A stretch of DNA of 64,000 nucleotides from Elusimicrobiota bacterium (GCA_043811535.1 JBDRNC010000038.1:32001-96000), one strand, 5' to 3'; shown: positions 9,481 to 19,891, counted from the first letter of the stretch. Notes: generated by a model from the letters alone, not told the origin. Made by a program: numbers and translations.

Positions 9481-10152
9481 ATGAATAAACTTATAATTGT
9501 GGTAGACGATGAAAAAGACATACTTGACCTGGTGCTGATCAATCTCAAGAAAGCCGGTTTCGATGTTAAGGGCTTCGGCGAGGGAAGGTCTCTTTTCAAG
9601 TTTCTGAAGAACAGGATTCCTGATCTGATTATTCTCGACCTTATGCTGCCCGATATGGACGGATTTGAAATATGCAGGCAGTTAAAAAAGGACGGGAAAT
9701 TATCGCGCATCCCGGTGATAATGCTTACCGCCAAAACCGATGAGTCCGATAAAATAGTGGGACTTGAACTCGGGGCTGATGATTATGTCACAAAGCCGTT
9801 TTCGGTTAAGGAACTCATGGCCCGTGTTAAAGCAGTTCTGAGAAGGTTTGAAGCTAAAAAAAGTTCTGGCAGCAAGAACCTGCTTGAAATAGACCCCGAG
9901 AAATATGAAGTGCGCGTAGATGGAAACCTCATTTCATTGACTACAACTGAATTTAAGCTGTTATCTTTCCTTCATTCGAAAAAGGGAAAGGTATATGGCC
10001 GTGAAGAATTAATGAACAATATTTGGAGTGAAGATAAGATCATTTGCGACCGGACCATAGACGTGCATATCAAAAATATAAGAGAAAAACTTGGAAAAGC
10101 TGCTAGTTTGATAAAGAATGTCAGGGGTGTCGGATATAAAATGGAAAGCTAA
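9481..10152 (+). CDS. phoB: OmpR-family phosphate regulon response regulator (PhoB/PhoP)
   Basis: VDDE, LDLMLPDMDG, GADDYVTKPF, RTIDVHIKNIREKL, VRGVGYK; next to the pst operon. Confidence 0.88.
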   Translation: MNKLIIVVDDEKDILDLVLINLKKAGFDVKGFGEGRSLFKFLKNRIPDLIILDLMLPDMDGFEICRQLKKDGKLSRIPVIMLTAKTDESDKIVGLELGADDYVTKPFSVKELMARVKAVLRRFEAKKSSGSKNLLEIDPEKYEVRVDGNLISLTTTEFKLLSFLHSKKGKVYGREELMNNIWSEDKIICDRTIDVHIKNIREKLGKAASLIKNVRGVGYKMES

Positions 10153-11880
10153 ATGAAAAGGACAATATTTCTTAAAACATTTACCGGATATCTTCTTATA
10201 GCATTAGGTTTATCTGTCCTGGTGCTGTTTTTTTCTTACAGAACCATCAAACAAAGTTATATAAGTACTTTTAGGAGTGAACTTAGTGACCTTTGCAACG
10301 CGGTAAGCCCGTACACGATCTCATATATTAAATCTGGAAATGTGCGCGGTTTAGACCAGTTCATTAAGAAACTTGAGGTGCAAACGCATAAAAGAATTAC
10401 CGTGATCGATATGAAGGGCATTGTCATCGCGGATTCCGAAAACGACCCGAAAACCATGGTAAATCATAAGGACCGCCCAGAGGTTCAGCGGGCTATGGAT
10501 GGGAATACCGGGGTATCGTTGCGATACAGTTCAACGGTAAAAGAAGATATGATGTATCTGGCAATACCTTTACAAGATGGCGGAAGGCGCATCGGAATAT
10601 TGCGGTCAAGTTTGTTCTTAAAAGATATAAAGACCTTGCTGAGCACGATAATGGCTCAAATAGCGGGTATTACCGCAATCATAATGATTATAGCGCTATT
10701 TTTCGCCTTTTTATTCTCGAGAGACGTGTCTGTTTCAATTAACAAGATAAAGAGCGTTTCGGAGAAAATCGCATCGGGAGATTTTGGCGCAAGGGTTACG
10801 CTTAATAGTGGAGACGAATTGGACGATCTGGCTGTTAATTTTAATCAGATGGCCGGCAAGATAGGCTCACTTTTTCGCGAACTGTCCGGCAAGAAAGACG
10901 AGTTGAACGCGATAATAAGTGCGATAACGGAAGGCATGTTTGTAATTGATTCAGAAGATAAAATCAGCTTAAGCAACAGAAGTTTTCAGGGAATCGCGGA
11001 AAGTGAAGAGGTCAATGGGAAATACTACTGGGAAGTTATAAGGACACAGAGCTTGAAAGCGATGATAGAGCAGGCTAAAAATGAAAGAAAACCGGTTTTT
11101 ACCGATATCGAACTCTCCGGGGGGGTATACGCTTCAAGTGCTGTCCCTATTCCAGGAGGGGACACCTATATAGTAGTTATGCATGACATCACGCAGATCA
11201 AAGATATGGAAAAGAAGAAACGGGAGTTTGTGGCAAATGTGTCGCACGAGCTTAGGACTCCTCTTACCGCGATCAAGGGTTTTGCCGAAACACTTGAGGA
11301 TGAGATGTCCGGTGATGGAAAACGATATGTGGATATAATACAAAAACATTCGGAAAGGCTGATAAATATCGTTGAAGACCTGCTTCTGTTATCTAAAATC
11401 GAAGAAACAGGCTACAAATTGGAAATGCAGGCAACAGACTTGAAGGCTCTCCTGGAATCTTCGCTTAAGATGTTTGAAAAAAGGGTCCTGGATAAGAATA
11501 TTTCAATAAAACTGGATATTCAGGATAATATTCACCTAATAAACGCCGACCAATTCAAGCTTGAGCAGGTACTTGTCAATCTCGTCGACAATGCCATTAA
11601 GTATACGGAAAATGGCGGTATTGCTGTATCTTTAAAGCAGGACAGCAAACAGACAGTTATTTCTGTATCTGACTCGGGTATAGGGATTTCTAAAGAAGAT
11701 ATACCGCATATATTTGAACGTTTTTATGTCGCAGATAAATCCAGGTCAAGAAAGGCAGGTGGTACCGGTCTGGGTCTTTCGATAGTCAAACACATAGTTA
11801 TGCTGCACAACGGTTCAATAGATGTTGACAGCACCTTTGGATCCGGCACAACAGTTACTATTTGTTTACCGCGCGCTTAA
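10153..11880 (+). CDS. phoR: Phosphate regulon sensor histidine kinase
   Basis: 2 TM, NHKDRPEV sensor motif, HAMP, PAS, FVANVSHELRTPL, NLVDNAIKY, DKSRSR..GGTGLGLSIVKH. Confidence 0.9.
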   Translation: MKRTIFLKTFTGYLLIALGLSVLVLFFSYRTIKQSYISTFRSELSDLCNAVSPYTISYIKSGNVRGLDQFIKKLEVQTHKRITVIDMKGIVIADSENDPKTMVNHKDRPEVQRAMDGNTGVSLRYSSTVKEDMMYLAIPLQDGGRRIGILRSSLFLKDIKTLLSTIMAQIAGITAIIMIIALFFAFLFSRDVSVSINKIKSVSEKIASGDFGARVTLNSGDELDDLAVNFNQMAGKIGSLFRELSGKKDELNAIISAITEGMFVIDSEDKISLSNRSFQGIAESEEVNGKYYWEVIRTQSLKAMIEQAKNERKPVFTDIELSGGVYASSAVPIPGGDTYIVVMHDITQIKDMEKKKREFVANVSHELRTPLTAIKGFAETLEDEMSGDGKRYVDIIQKHSERLINIVEDLLLLSKIEETGYKLEMQATDLKALLESSLKMFEKRVLDKNISIKLDIQDNIHLINADQFKLEQVLVNLVDNAIKYTENGGIAVSLKQDSKQTVISVSDSGIGISKEDIPHIFERFYVADKSRSRKAGGTGLGLSIVKHIVMLHNGSIDVDSTFGSGTTVTICLPRA

Positions 11881-11924
11881 TATCATACTGCTAAACAACT
11901 GCAACAGTTGCATCCAGTACCTTT

Positions 11925-11979
11925 CTTAACCAAATCTTAACAAATCCTTTATATTCCCTTTACACAAAAGTATTATACT
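11925..11979 (+). promoter_or_regulatory. Pho box array and -10 element
   Basis: Four heptamers at exact 11-bp period: CTTAACC 11925, CTTAACA 11936, CTTTATA 11947, CTTTACA 11958; TATACT at 11974-11979. Confidence 0.8.
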
Positions 11980-12022
11980 TTTGATGAAAGTAAAATATGT
12001 ATGTGTGAAGGAGAATATAATT

Positions 12023-13132
12023 GTGAAGATAAAAATTACAATTCTGTGTCTCATGCTTTTGTCCGGTATTGCTTTTGCAGAGGAGACAGGAGTATTACCG
12101 TCGTGGGTCACAAATTTAACAATGAAAGGTGACTTAAGGCTAAGGCAGCATACGGATTGGGACTCCAGCTTGAACTATTCGAGGTCACGGCAGAGGATGA
12201 GGTTAAGAATCGGCTTTGACACAAAAGCATCAGAGAATATTAAGGCATCCTTTGGCTTGGCTACCGGATCGGAAAAAGTATCAGGCACTTCGGTTGTCGA
12301 TTCTGATCCCACTTCGACCAACCATACCTTCAGTAATGGCTTTGGTAAGGCAATTGTCATGGTGGATTATGCGTACATGGAATACTCTCCTTATGTATGG
12401 GCAAAAATAACCGCCGGTAAAATGAAATCGGGAACTCAGGTATGGCAGGCAACCGATCTAAAATGGGATACTGATATTAATCCCGATGGTTTTGCAGTAG
12501 CCTTAAACAGAAGTGTAAATCAATTTGAGTTGTTTCTAAACGGCAGCTGGTTGATTTTCAACGAACTGAATTCCTCGCAGAATAACCCCGATTCCTATAT
12601 AGTGCAACCGGGAGCTAATGTGAAGATAAACGATAGATACAGCATTAAAGCCGCGGTAGCTTTTGAAAACCTTAATGTGAACGGGAAAAATACCGGCCAT
12701 TACGGAACTCCAGCATTTGATTACATTTGCGTAAATCCCAGTGTGGAATTGACCGTAAGATCTATTCTAAATAGGTACAACTTGTCCGTTTTTACCGATA
12801 TGGTAAACAATACTGATTCAAAGCCCGTGGGCGATAAGAATGCTGTCGCTTATGGGATGAAGTTCGGGGATGAAAAGATACTTAGGTGCGGCGATTGGCA
12901 GGTCAATGTACTAAACAAAAGCGTAGAGGCAAATAGTTGGCTTAACAAGTTAGGCGATTCGGATTATTTTGGCGGCGCAGCTAACATGTCTGGCAATATA
13001 TTAAAGTTGTCTTGCGGGCTTACACAATCAACGTTATTTAATGCGGCATATTACCTCGGGGATGTTATTAAAGGCGCGAGTTCAACAACAGCAAAAAGTC
13101 TGCTGATTTTAGATATCGTGTATAAGTATTAA
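12023..13132 (+). CDS. Putative outer-membrane porin (likely phosphate-starvation induced)
   Basis: AAGGAG RBS before GTG 12023; signal peptide; KGDLRLR, R.R.RLR, WDTDINPDG; C-terminal aromatic residue; first gene of the pst operon. Confidence 0.75.
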   Translation: MKIKITILCLMLLSGIAFAEETGVLPSWVTNLTMKGDLRLRQHTDWDSSLNYSRSRQRMRLRIGFDTKASENIKASFGLATGSEKVSGTSVVDSDPTSTNHTFSNGFGKAIVMVDYAYMEYSPYVWAKITAGKMKSGTQVWQATDLKWDTDINPDGFAVALNRSVNQFELFLNGSWLIFNELNSSQNNPDSYIVQPGANVKINDRYSIKAAVAFENLNVNGKNTGHYGTPAFDYICVNPSVELTVRSILNRYNLSVFTDMVNNTDSKPVGDKNAVAYGMKFGDEKILRCGDWQVNVLNKSVEANSWLNKLGDSDYFGGAANMSGNILKLSCGLTQSTLFNAAYYLGDVIKGASSTTAKSLLILDIVYKY

Positions 13133-13185
13133 TCCGCTATCAAAGAGCTATGTGGGAGCAAAAGAGGGATAGGAGGAAAGTACTC

Positions 13186-14040
13186 ATGAAAAGTAAAGCG
13201 TTGACGTTTGTATTGATTACAGTATTAGGTATATCCGGTTGTGTCGGGCAAAGGCAGGGCAATTCCATCACGATCAAAGGCTCGGATACCATGGTCATTT
13301 TGGGTCAAAGGTGGGCGGAAATATATATGAAGATAAATCCGGGCAATATCGTCCAGGTAACCGGTGGCGGTTCGGGCACCGGGATAGCGGCATTGATAAA
13401 CGGCGGTACGGATATTTGCCAGGCCTCACGCCCGATAAAGGAAGAGGAAATTAAACTGGTCCTGGCAAAACGCGGCAAGGCGACCAGGGAAATACCCGTT
13501 GCTCAGGACGGTATAGCCATATATGTCAACGATCAGAATCCTCTTAAAAGCCTGACCGTAGCTCAATTAAAGAAGATATATCAGGGGAAAATAAAGAATT
13601 GGACAGAACTCGGTTGGGATAATAAAGAGATAGTGATATACGGTAGAGAGAATAATTCCGGTACATATATGTATTTCAAGGAACATGTGCTTGCGGGCGA
13701 AGATTTTGTAAGCAATGTCCAGTCATTGCCCGGGACAGCGGCTGTGGTCAACGGCATTTCTAAAGACAAGTATTCGATCGGGTATGGCGGCATGGCCTAT
13801 GCAAAGGGAATTAAAGAGGTATCTGTGAAGAAAGATGAGAATTCTCCCGCGATGAAGCCGTCTATTGAAAATATAGTAGCGGGAACATATCCGATAAGCA
13901 GGAAACTGTTCTTTTATGTAGTAGGAGAACCCAAACCAAGTGTGAATGCCTTTATTGACTGGGTTTTGAGCAGCGAGGGCCAGAAGATCTGTGAAGAAGT
14001 AGGGTATGTAGGAATAAAGCATGAAAAATCTAAAAAATAG
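13186..14040 (+). CDS. pstS: Phosphate ABC transporter substrate-binding lipoprotein
   Basis: AGGAGG RBS; lipobox ISGC; IKGSDT, GGGSGTG, SRPIK, RENNSGT, YPISR. Confidence 0.93.
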   Translation: MKSKALTFVLITVLGISGCVGQRQGNSITIKGSDTMVILGQRWAEIYMKINPGNIVQVTGGGSGTGIAALINGGTDICQASRPIKEEEIKLVLAKRGKATREIPVAQDGIAIYVNDQNPLKSLTVAQLKKIYQGKIKNWTELGWDNKEIVIYGRENNSGTYMYFKEHVLAGEDFVSNVQSLPGTAAVVNGISKDKYSIGYGGMAYAKGIKEVSVKKDENSPAMKPSIENIVAGTYPISRKLFFYVVGEPKPSVNAFIDWVLSSEGQKICEEVGYVGIKHEKSKK

Positions 14041-14953
14041 TTTCTTCGAAATCTGTATCAAATTAAGCGCTTTCACGGTTATAGGCACGCTTATACTTAT
14101 ATTCGTGTTTATTGCCAAGGAATCGCTGCCTATATTCTTGTCTCCGGAACTGCATAAAGAGACTGGCCTGCTGAGGATGTTTCTGCCTCAGGATTACCAT
14201 ACAGGCGCGGGCATGGAATTTGTCTGGCAACCCATTTCAAATATACCAAAATATTCCATTATCGTGCTTTTACTGGGTACCCTGAAGGTTACTTTCGTGG
14301 CCATGTTTTTTGCGGTGCCGCTTTCAATTGCGGCCGCGATATATACAAGCGAGTTCGCTCCTGAAAGCATCCGCGAGTTCATCAAGCCTGTTATTGAGAT
14401 ATTGGCCGGGTTTCCTTCCGTAGTACTCGGCTTTTTTGCGTTGATGGTGCTTGCAAGCTGGCTACAGGGGCTGTTCGGGTGGACTTTCAGGCTGAATGCT
14501 ATTACCGCCGGGATCGCAATGGGGCTGGCTGTAATCCCGATCATTTACACAATTACCGAAGATTCGTTGAATGCGGTACCGAAGCTGTACAGGGACGGCG
14601 CGCTGGCTTTAGGCGCCGATAAGTGGCAGACCGCGTACAGGGTGGTACTGCCGGCGGCTTTTCCAGGGATATTTGCGGCCTGTGTACTCGGATTGGGAAG
14701 AGCCATAGGCGAAACAATGATAGTTCTTATGGCCAGTGGTAATGCGGCTATCATGACGGGAGATCTGTTCCAGTCCTTGAGGACGCTCTCCGCTTCAATT
14801 GCGGCCGAACTCGCCGAAGTTGTGGTGGGAAGCACCCACTATAGCGTTCTTTTCTTTATAGGCACATTCCTGTTCATAGTGACATTTATAGTCAATTTGT
14901 TCGGATACTGGTTTGTCAACAGGTTAAAAGGGAAACTGGAGGGAAAGATATGA
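14021..14953 (+). CDS. pstC: Phosphate ABC transporter permease
   Basis: EILAGFPSVVLG, ALALGADKWQT, GRAIGETMIV. Confidence 0.93.
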   Translation: MKNLKNSFFEICIKLSAFTVIGTLILIFVFIAKESLPIFLSPELHKETGLLRMFLPQDYHTGAGMEFVWQPISNIPKYSIIVLLLGTLKVTFVAMFFAVPLSIAAAIYTSEFAPESIREFIKPVIEILAGFPSVVLGFFALMVLASWLQGLFGWTFRLNAITAGIAMGLAVIPIIYTITEDSLNAVPKLYRDGALALGADKWQTAYRVVLPAAFPGIFAACVLGLGRAIGETMIVLMASGNAAIMTGDLFQSLRTLSASIAAELAEVVVGSTHYSVLFFIGTFLFIVTFIVNLFGYWFVNRLKGKLEGKI

Positions 14954-15828
14954 GGTTATTTCATTTCCTGACAGGGTTAGCATGCCTGATAATTGTGGTT
15001 ATGGTCTTTATAATAATGGGGAACATCGTATATTTTGGTATAGGCAACATTACATTGGATTTTCTTATTAAATCTCCGGAGTTGGGAATGACAGAAGGCG
15101 GTATATTCCCGGCCATATTCGGAACATTCGCGCTGGTTATGCTGATGACAATTGTAGTCATCCCGCTGGGTGTATTTACTGCCGTCTATCTACACGAATA
15201 TGCCCCCAAGAACTCTAAACTGCTTTACCTTGTCAGGCTTGCGCTTCAGAATCTTGCAGGGGTTCCATCGATAGTGTTCGGCCTGTTCGGCCTTGGTTTC
15301 TTTATTCAATTCGTAGGCCGCGGTATAGACAGCGCTTTTTACGGTGGTCAGCTATTCTTCGGCCAGCCGGCAATTGTTTGGGCGGCTTTAACTATGGCTT
15401 TGCTGACTCTGCCGACGGTTGTAGTGGCGACAGAGGAATCCTTAAGGGCTGTACCCGATTCATACAGGGAAGTTGCTTATTCACTTGGAGCCACGAAACT
15501 GCAAATGATCTTCAGGGTTGTTCTTCCAAATTCTGTAAGCGGTATTCTTACCGGAGGGGTTCTTGCGATAAGCCGCGGCGCGGGCGAGGTAGCGCCTATT
15601 ATGTTTACAGGTGCGGCTTACTTCCTGCCGTATCTTCCGACAAGGTTGAATGACCAGTTCATGGAATTGGGGTACCATATTTACGTGATGGCAACGCAGT
15701 CGCCGGATGTTGAGGCTACAAAACCGATATTATACTCTACGGTTCTCGTGCTGCTGCTTTTAACATTTGCATTGAATTTTACGGCAATATTTATAAGGGC
15801 GAGGATTAGGTCGCGTGCCAGAGGATAG
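14950..15828 (+). CDS. pstA: Phosphate ABC transporter permease
   Basis: GGIFPAIFGT, YLHEYA, NLAGVPSIVFGLFG, RGAGEVAPI. Confidence 0.93.
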   Translation: MRLFHFLTGLACLIIVVMVFIIMGNIVYFGIGNITLDFLIKSPELGMTEGGIFPAIFGTFALVMLMTIVVIPLGVFTAVYLHEYAPKNSKLLYLVRLALQNLAGVPSIVFGLFGLGFFIQFVGRGIDSAFYGGQLFFGQPAIVWAALTMALLTLPTVVVATEESLRAVPDSYREVAYSLGATKLQMIFRVVLPNSVSGILTGGVLAISRGAGEVAPIMFTGAAYFLPYLPTRLNDQFMELGYHIYVMATQSPDVEATKPILYSTVLVLLLLTFALNFTAIFIRARIRSRARG

Positions 15829-15837
15829 AATATTAAT

Positions 15838-16599
15838 ATGGATGGCAAAACAAAAATACAGGTAAAAGACTTCACTTTCAAATATTCAGGTATCACCGCC
15901 CTGAATAATCTTACGTTTGATATTTACAAGAATAAGATACTTTCAATAATCGGCCCCGCAAAAAGCGGGAAAACGACTTTCTTGAGATGTCTTAACCGCT
16001 TGAATGACCTCAATATTGGCGGAAACGTTGAGGGTGAAATCCTGTTGGACGGGAAAGATATTTATTCAAGAGATATGGATGTGTCAAATTTGCGCAAGAA
16101 GATGGGAATGGTGTTTGCCGTGCCAGTACCGTTACCCGGAACGATCCGAAACAATGTAGCATTGGGCCCGAAGCTGCACGGAATAGAAAGCCAGGCGAAG
16201 CTGGATGAGTTGATAGAGAAAAGCCTCAGGTCCGCGGTTTTGTGGGATGAGGTAAAGGACCGGCTTGACGAGCAGGTAAGGAATTTAAGCGGAGGACAGC
16301 AGCAGAGATTATGCCTCGCGCGGGTACTGGCGCTTGAACCGGAAGTGATACTGCTTGATGAGCCGTGTTCTGGGCTGGACCCGATTTCAACCGCTAAGAT
16401 AGAAGAGGCGTTGGGTGTCCTTAAGAATAACCATACAGTAATTCTGGTTACGAATAATGTTAACCAGGCGGCAAGGGCATCGGATTTGACCATGTTCTTC
16501 TTTATGGGGAAACTTGTTGAGTATAACAAGACCACGGAAATATTCACTAATCCTAAGAATAAACAGACAGAAGATTATATTCAGGGAAAATTCGGATAG
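15838..16599 (+). CDS. pstB: Phosphate ABC transporter ATPase (degenerate Q-loop and H-switch)
   Basis: GPAKSGKT, LSGGQQQR, LLDEPCSGLDP, TEDYIQGKFG. Confidence 0.9.
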   Translation: MDGKTKIQVKDFTFKYSGITALNNLTFDIYKNKILSIIGPAKSGKTTFLRCLNRLNDLNIGGNVEGEILLDGKDIYSRDMDVSNLRKKMGMVFAVPVPLPGTIRNNVALGPKLHGIESQAKLDELIEKSLRSAVLWDEVKDRLDEQVRNLSGGQQQRLCLARVLALEPEVILLDEPCSGLDPISTAKIEEALGVLKNNHTVILVTNNVNQAARASDLTMFFFMGKLVEYNKTTEIFTNPKNKQTEDYIQGKFG

Positions 16600-16636
16600 A
16601 CGACCGTTACTATTTAATGAACAGGAGTATCCTTGG

Positions 16637-17389
16637 ATGAGTGCCATAAGAACTGAAAAACTGAACGCTTTCTACAAGAAATTTCACGCTCTTAAAGATG
16701 TGAACGTTGAAATTAATGAGAAGGCAATTACAAGCATAATTGGCCCGTCAGGTTGCGGGAAATCTACGCTGCTTCGTTGTTTCAACAGGATGAATGACAC
16801 TATCAATGGTTTTACGGTAAATGGTAAAATATGTATCAGGGATAAGGACATATACGGAGATAAGGTCAGCCTTACGGATTTGCGGAAAAGAGTTGGAATG
16901 GTTTTCCAGAGGCCTAATCCGTTTCCGTTGACTGTATGGGAGAATATAGCTTTCGGAGAGCGCATACACAGATTGTCCGGGAAAGACGAGCTTGAAGGTA
17001 TTGTCCGGAGGAGTCTTGAAGCTACCGGCTTATGGGAAGAGCTGAAAGATAGGCTGCAGTCTCCGGCTTTAAGCCTGTCCTCTGAACAGCAACAGAGGCT
17101 TTGTATCTCAAGAGTTTTAACGGTTAAACCTGACATTATCCTCATGGATGAACCCTGCTCGGCGCTCGATCCTATGGCTACTTCACATATTGAAGACCTT
17201 ATGAGGGAATTGAAGCAGCATTATACGATTGTTATTGTAACGCACAACATGCAGCAGGCCTCCCGGGTTTCAGATTATACTGCCTACATGTATTTAGGGG
17301 AAATGATTGAATCCGGACCTACCGATAAAATATTTACTGTGCCGAAAGATAAGAAGACTGAAGATTATCTCACCGGTAAATTCGGTTAA
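16637..17389 (+). CDS. pstB: Second phosphate ABC transporter ATPase (degenerate signature motif)
   Basis: AGGAG RBS before ATG 16637; GPSGCGKS, VFQRPNPFP, LSSEQQQR, DEPCSALDP, VTHN, DYLTGKFG. Confidence 0.9.
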   Translation: MSAIRTEKLNAFYKKFHALKDVNVEINEKAITSIIGPSGCGKSTLLRCFNRMNDTINGFTVNGKICIRDKDIYGDKVSLTDLRKRVGMVFQRPNPFPLTVWENIAFGERIHRLSGKDELEGIVRRSLEATGLWEELKDRLQSPALSLSSEQQQRLCISRVLTVKPDIILMDEPCSALDPMATSHIEDLMRELKQHYTIVIVTHNMQQASRVSDYTAYMYLGEMIESGPTDKIFTVPKDKKTEDYLTGKFG

Positions 17390-17431
17390 GGGAGTTGTTT
17401 GATATAATACAATTAATAAATGGAGGCAGTT

Positions 17432-18094
17432 ATGTTAGAAGAGAAATTAGTAAATCTGAAAAAGGAACTTGTTGAATATGCCGGACTGGTTGAGTCCATG
17501 GTGGACAAAAGCATTAAAGGGCTTTTGAACAGAGAAAAGAAGATATTGCGCGAAGTGATTGAGGTAGACGAGCCCAAAGCGAACGATTTTGAGATCAGGA
17601 TGGATGAGCTTTGCACTAATCTCATAGCTCAATATCAACCCAAAGCCAAGAATCTCAGGCTAATCCTGATGGTACTGAGAATGTCCAATGATCTGGAAAG
17701 AATGGGCGATCACGCTGTAAATATCGTTGAAAGCGCCGAAATCCTGATTGAAAGGCCCCAGGTAAAGCCGCTTATCGATATTCCCAAGATGGGTGAACTC
17801 ACTACGAAGATGCTCAAAGAAGGAATAAATTCCTTTATCAATGAGGACGCTTCTCTTGCCAAGTCCGTTTGCGTGATGGATGACGGCGTTGACGACCTTA
17901 AGGATAAAATTTTGAAGGAACTCACAGAACTGATGATCTCGGATCCTACAACGATCGAGCGTTCTCTTCATTTGTTGAGAATCAGCGGGGATCTTGAAAG
18001 AATTGCAGACTTGTCAACCAATATCTGTGAAGACGTCATGTATCTGGTTCAGGGAAGGGTGATAAAACACCATAAGGATGAGGCAAACGCATAA
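17432..18094 (+). CDS. phoU: Phosphate signalling protein PhoU
   Basis: GGAGG RBS; QPKAKNLR, DLERMGDHAVNI, LERIADLSTNICE. Confidence 0.93.
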   Translation: MLEEKLVNLKKELVEYAGLVESMVDKSIKGLLNREKKILREVIEVDEPKANDFEIRMDELCTNLIAQYQPKAKNLRLILMVLRMSNDLERMGDHAVNIVESAEILIERPQVKPLIDIPKMGELTTKMLKEGINSFINEDASLAKSVCVMDDGVDDLKDKILKELTELMISDPTTIERSLHLLRISGDLERIADLSTNICEDVMYLVQGRVIKHHKDEANA

Positions 18095-18120
18095 AAATGA
18101 TTGGGTGAAAATTAGACCTG

Positions 18121-18306
18121 AAAATGCTATAATGATTTTAAGTTACCGTCGAGACAGGTTCGAATGGCGTTTACTAGGGGACCCTTCATTTGAGGAAAAT
18201 GTTGAAATATCAATGTGAAACACAATTTAATGCAGGGACACCCCTAAGGGGACATGGTTTAGGTTTTAAGACGAAAACAACAGGTTCGAACCTGTTGTTT
18301 TTTATT
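18121..18306 (+). repeat. Junction element copy 1 (left half plus type A right half); candidate att site / small RNA
   Basis: AAAATGCTATAAT..CCGTCGAGACAGGTTCGAATGGCGTTTACTAGGGGACCC..GTTGAAATATCAAT..ACCCCTAAGGGGAC..terminator. Confidence 0.9.
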
Positions 18307-18355
18307 AGATTAATTGGTACAGTTTTCATGAGGAGTACAACAGGAAGGGGTGTCG

Positions 18356-19705
18356 ATGTTAAAAGCTTTTAAGATTACATTACTCATAATTACGGTAGTG
18401 GTTATATGCATAATATTTGCAGGCCGTAATAAGCTGATGCAATCGTTTAAAATGACTTTTACCTCGCCCGTTAAGATACGGGTGGCTTATTGGGGCGATA
18501 GTGAAGAGAAAAAAGTTATTCAGCGCACTGTCAGGGAGTGGGAGAAAAATCATCCTGGCATAAAAATCAACCTTGAGCATATACCCGCCTATTACACCGA
18601 AAAGATACTCGGCGAGATAGCGGGTAATGTGCAGCCGGACATAATATTCTGCGAAGCGAATGTTTTTGTGACCTTCTTCTTTAAAGATGTTTTGCTTGAT
18701 ATGATGCCTTATATTGAAACGGATGCGGAGTTCCACTCTGACGACTATTTCCCAAAGATAATGCAGCGGTTTACCCGCGATGGCAGGATATATTGTATTC
18801 CTAGAGACGTGGCTCCATTCGCCTGCGTATTTTACAACAAGGATATGTTTAAAAAAGCGAACATTAAGATACCGGTTGACAGCTGGGGTATGAATGATTT
18901 TCTTAATGCGGCCATAAAAACTACTAAGGACTCTGCGGGAAAAAACCCGTCGGATCCCGGTTTTCAAGAAAGCAAGATAGTGCAATACGGGTTTTGGGGA
19001 TGGACTTGGACCAATTTTGTCTATGCTTTCGGCGGAGGAGTAGTTAATGACATTAATAATCCAACCCAGTGCGTACTTAACAGTAAGAGTTCTGTTAAGG
19101 GGTTGCAGTTCTATGTAGATCTGATGAATAAGTACAATGTGTCGCCAAAACCTGATATCCTGTCCAATATGGGGGTCAGCTCAGTACAGTTATTTGCGAT
19201 GGGTAAACTTGCAATGCTTCAATCGGGAATATGGGAAACTCCGGCGTTGCGCTCTTTGGTTAGCGATAAATTTGAATGGGACGTTGCGATGTTCCCGAAG
19301 GGCCCTGGCGGGAAAAGGTTGATAGATTCCGGAGGTTCCGGTTACGCCATATTGAAAACTACAAAACACCCGAAAGAGTCATGGGAAGTTGTTAAGTGGC
19401 TTACGGGTGATAGGGGTCAGGAATTCCTTGCGGAATCTGGTCTTGCCCAACCCGCAAATATCCGGTTGGCATCGGGCAGCATTTGGGTTGGGGATAATAA
19501 GAAGCCTAATAATAAAACAATGCTTAATGAAGCGGCAAAATATATGGTATTTCAGCCGTTTCATCCGGCCTGGCGCGAAGTTGAGGTTAAACTTATACCC
19601 GAGATTATGCATAATGTGATGCGCGGCGATATGAGTGTCAAGGATGGGGCAGATCAATTGACTAAAAGGATAAATATGCGGCTGCATTACAAATCCGAAA
19701 AATAA
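18356..19705 (+). CDS. Sugar ABC transporter substrate-binding protein (N-terminal membrane anchor)
   Basis: WEKNHPGIKI, PDIIF, YCIPRD..VFYNKDMF, FAMGKLAM..GIW, WDVAMFPKGP. Confidence 0.85.
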   Translation: MLKAFKITLLIITVVVICIIFAGRNKLMQSFKMTFTSPVKIRVAYWGDSEEKKVIQRTVREWEKNHPGIKINLEHIPAYYTEKILGEIAGNVQPDIIFCEANVFVTFFFKDVLLDMMPYIETDAEFHSDDYFPKIMQRFTRDGRIYCIPRDVAPFACVFYNKDMFKKANIKIPVDSWGMNDFLNAAIKTTKDSAGKNPSDPGFQESKIVQYGFWGWTWTNFVYAFGGGVVNDINNPTQCVLNSKSSVKGLQFYVDLMNKYNVSPKPDILSNMGVSSVQLFAMGKLAMLQSGIWETPALRSLVSDKFEWDVAMFPKGPGGKRLIDSGGSGYAILKTTKHPKESWEVVKWLTGDRGQEFLAESGLAQPANIRLASGSIWVGDNKKPNNKTMLNEAAKYMVFQPFHPAWREVEVKLIPEIMHNVMRGDMSVKDGADQLTKRINMRLHYKSEK

Positions 19706-19816
19706 AATATTAGTATTTAAGAAATTATATTTGAATAGTATTGCGGTATAAAGGTACGCTTCACGAGGGTAAACGAAATGCCAGCAAATCCCGCAAAAAA
19801 TATTTTATTTTGCCTC

Positions 19817-19880
19817 TTGACAAATAAAAGGTTATGTGGTATAGTATTACTGAAATATTAAGTAGCATAAATAATTAAGC
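19817..19880 (+). promoter_or_regulatory. Promoter plus AT-rich candidate operator of the LacI gene
   Basis: TTGACA-17 bp-TATAGT (extended TG); TACTGAAATATTAAGTAGCATAAATAATTAA, similar to 20924-20955. Confidence 0.65.
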
Positions 19881-19891
19881 AAAAGGTTAGT

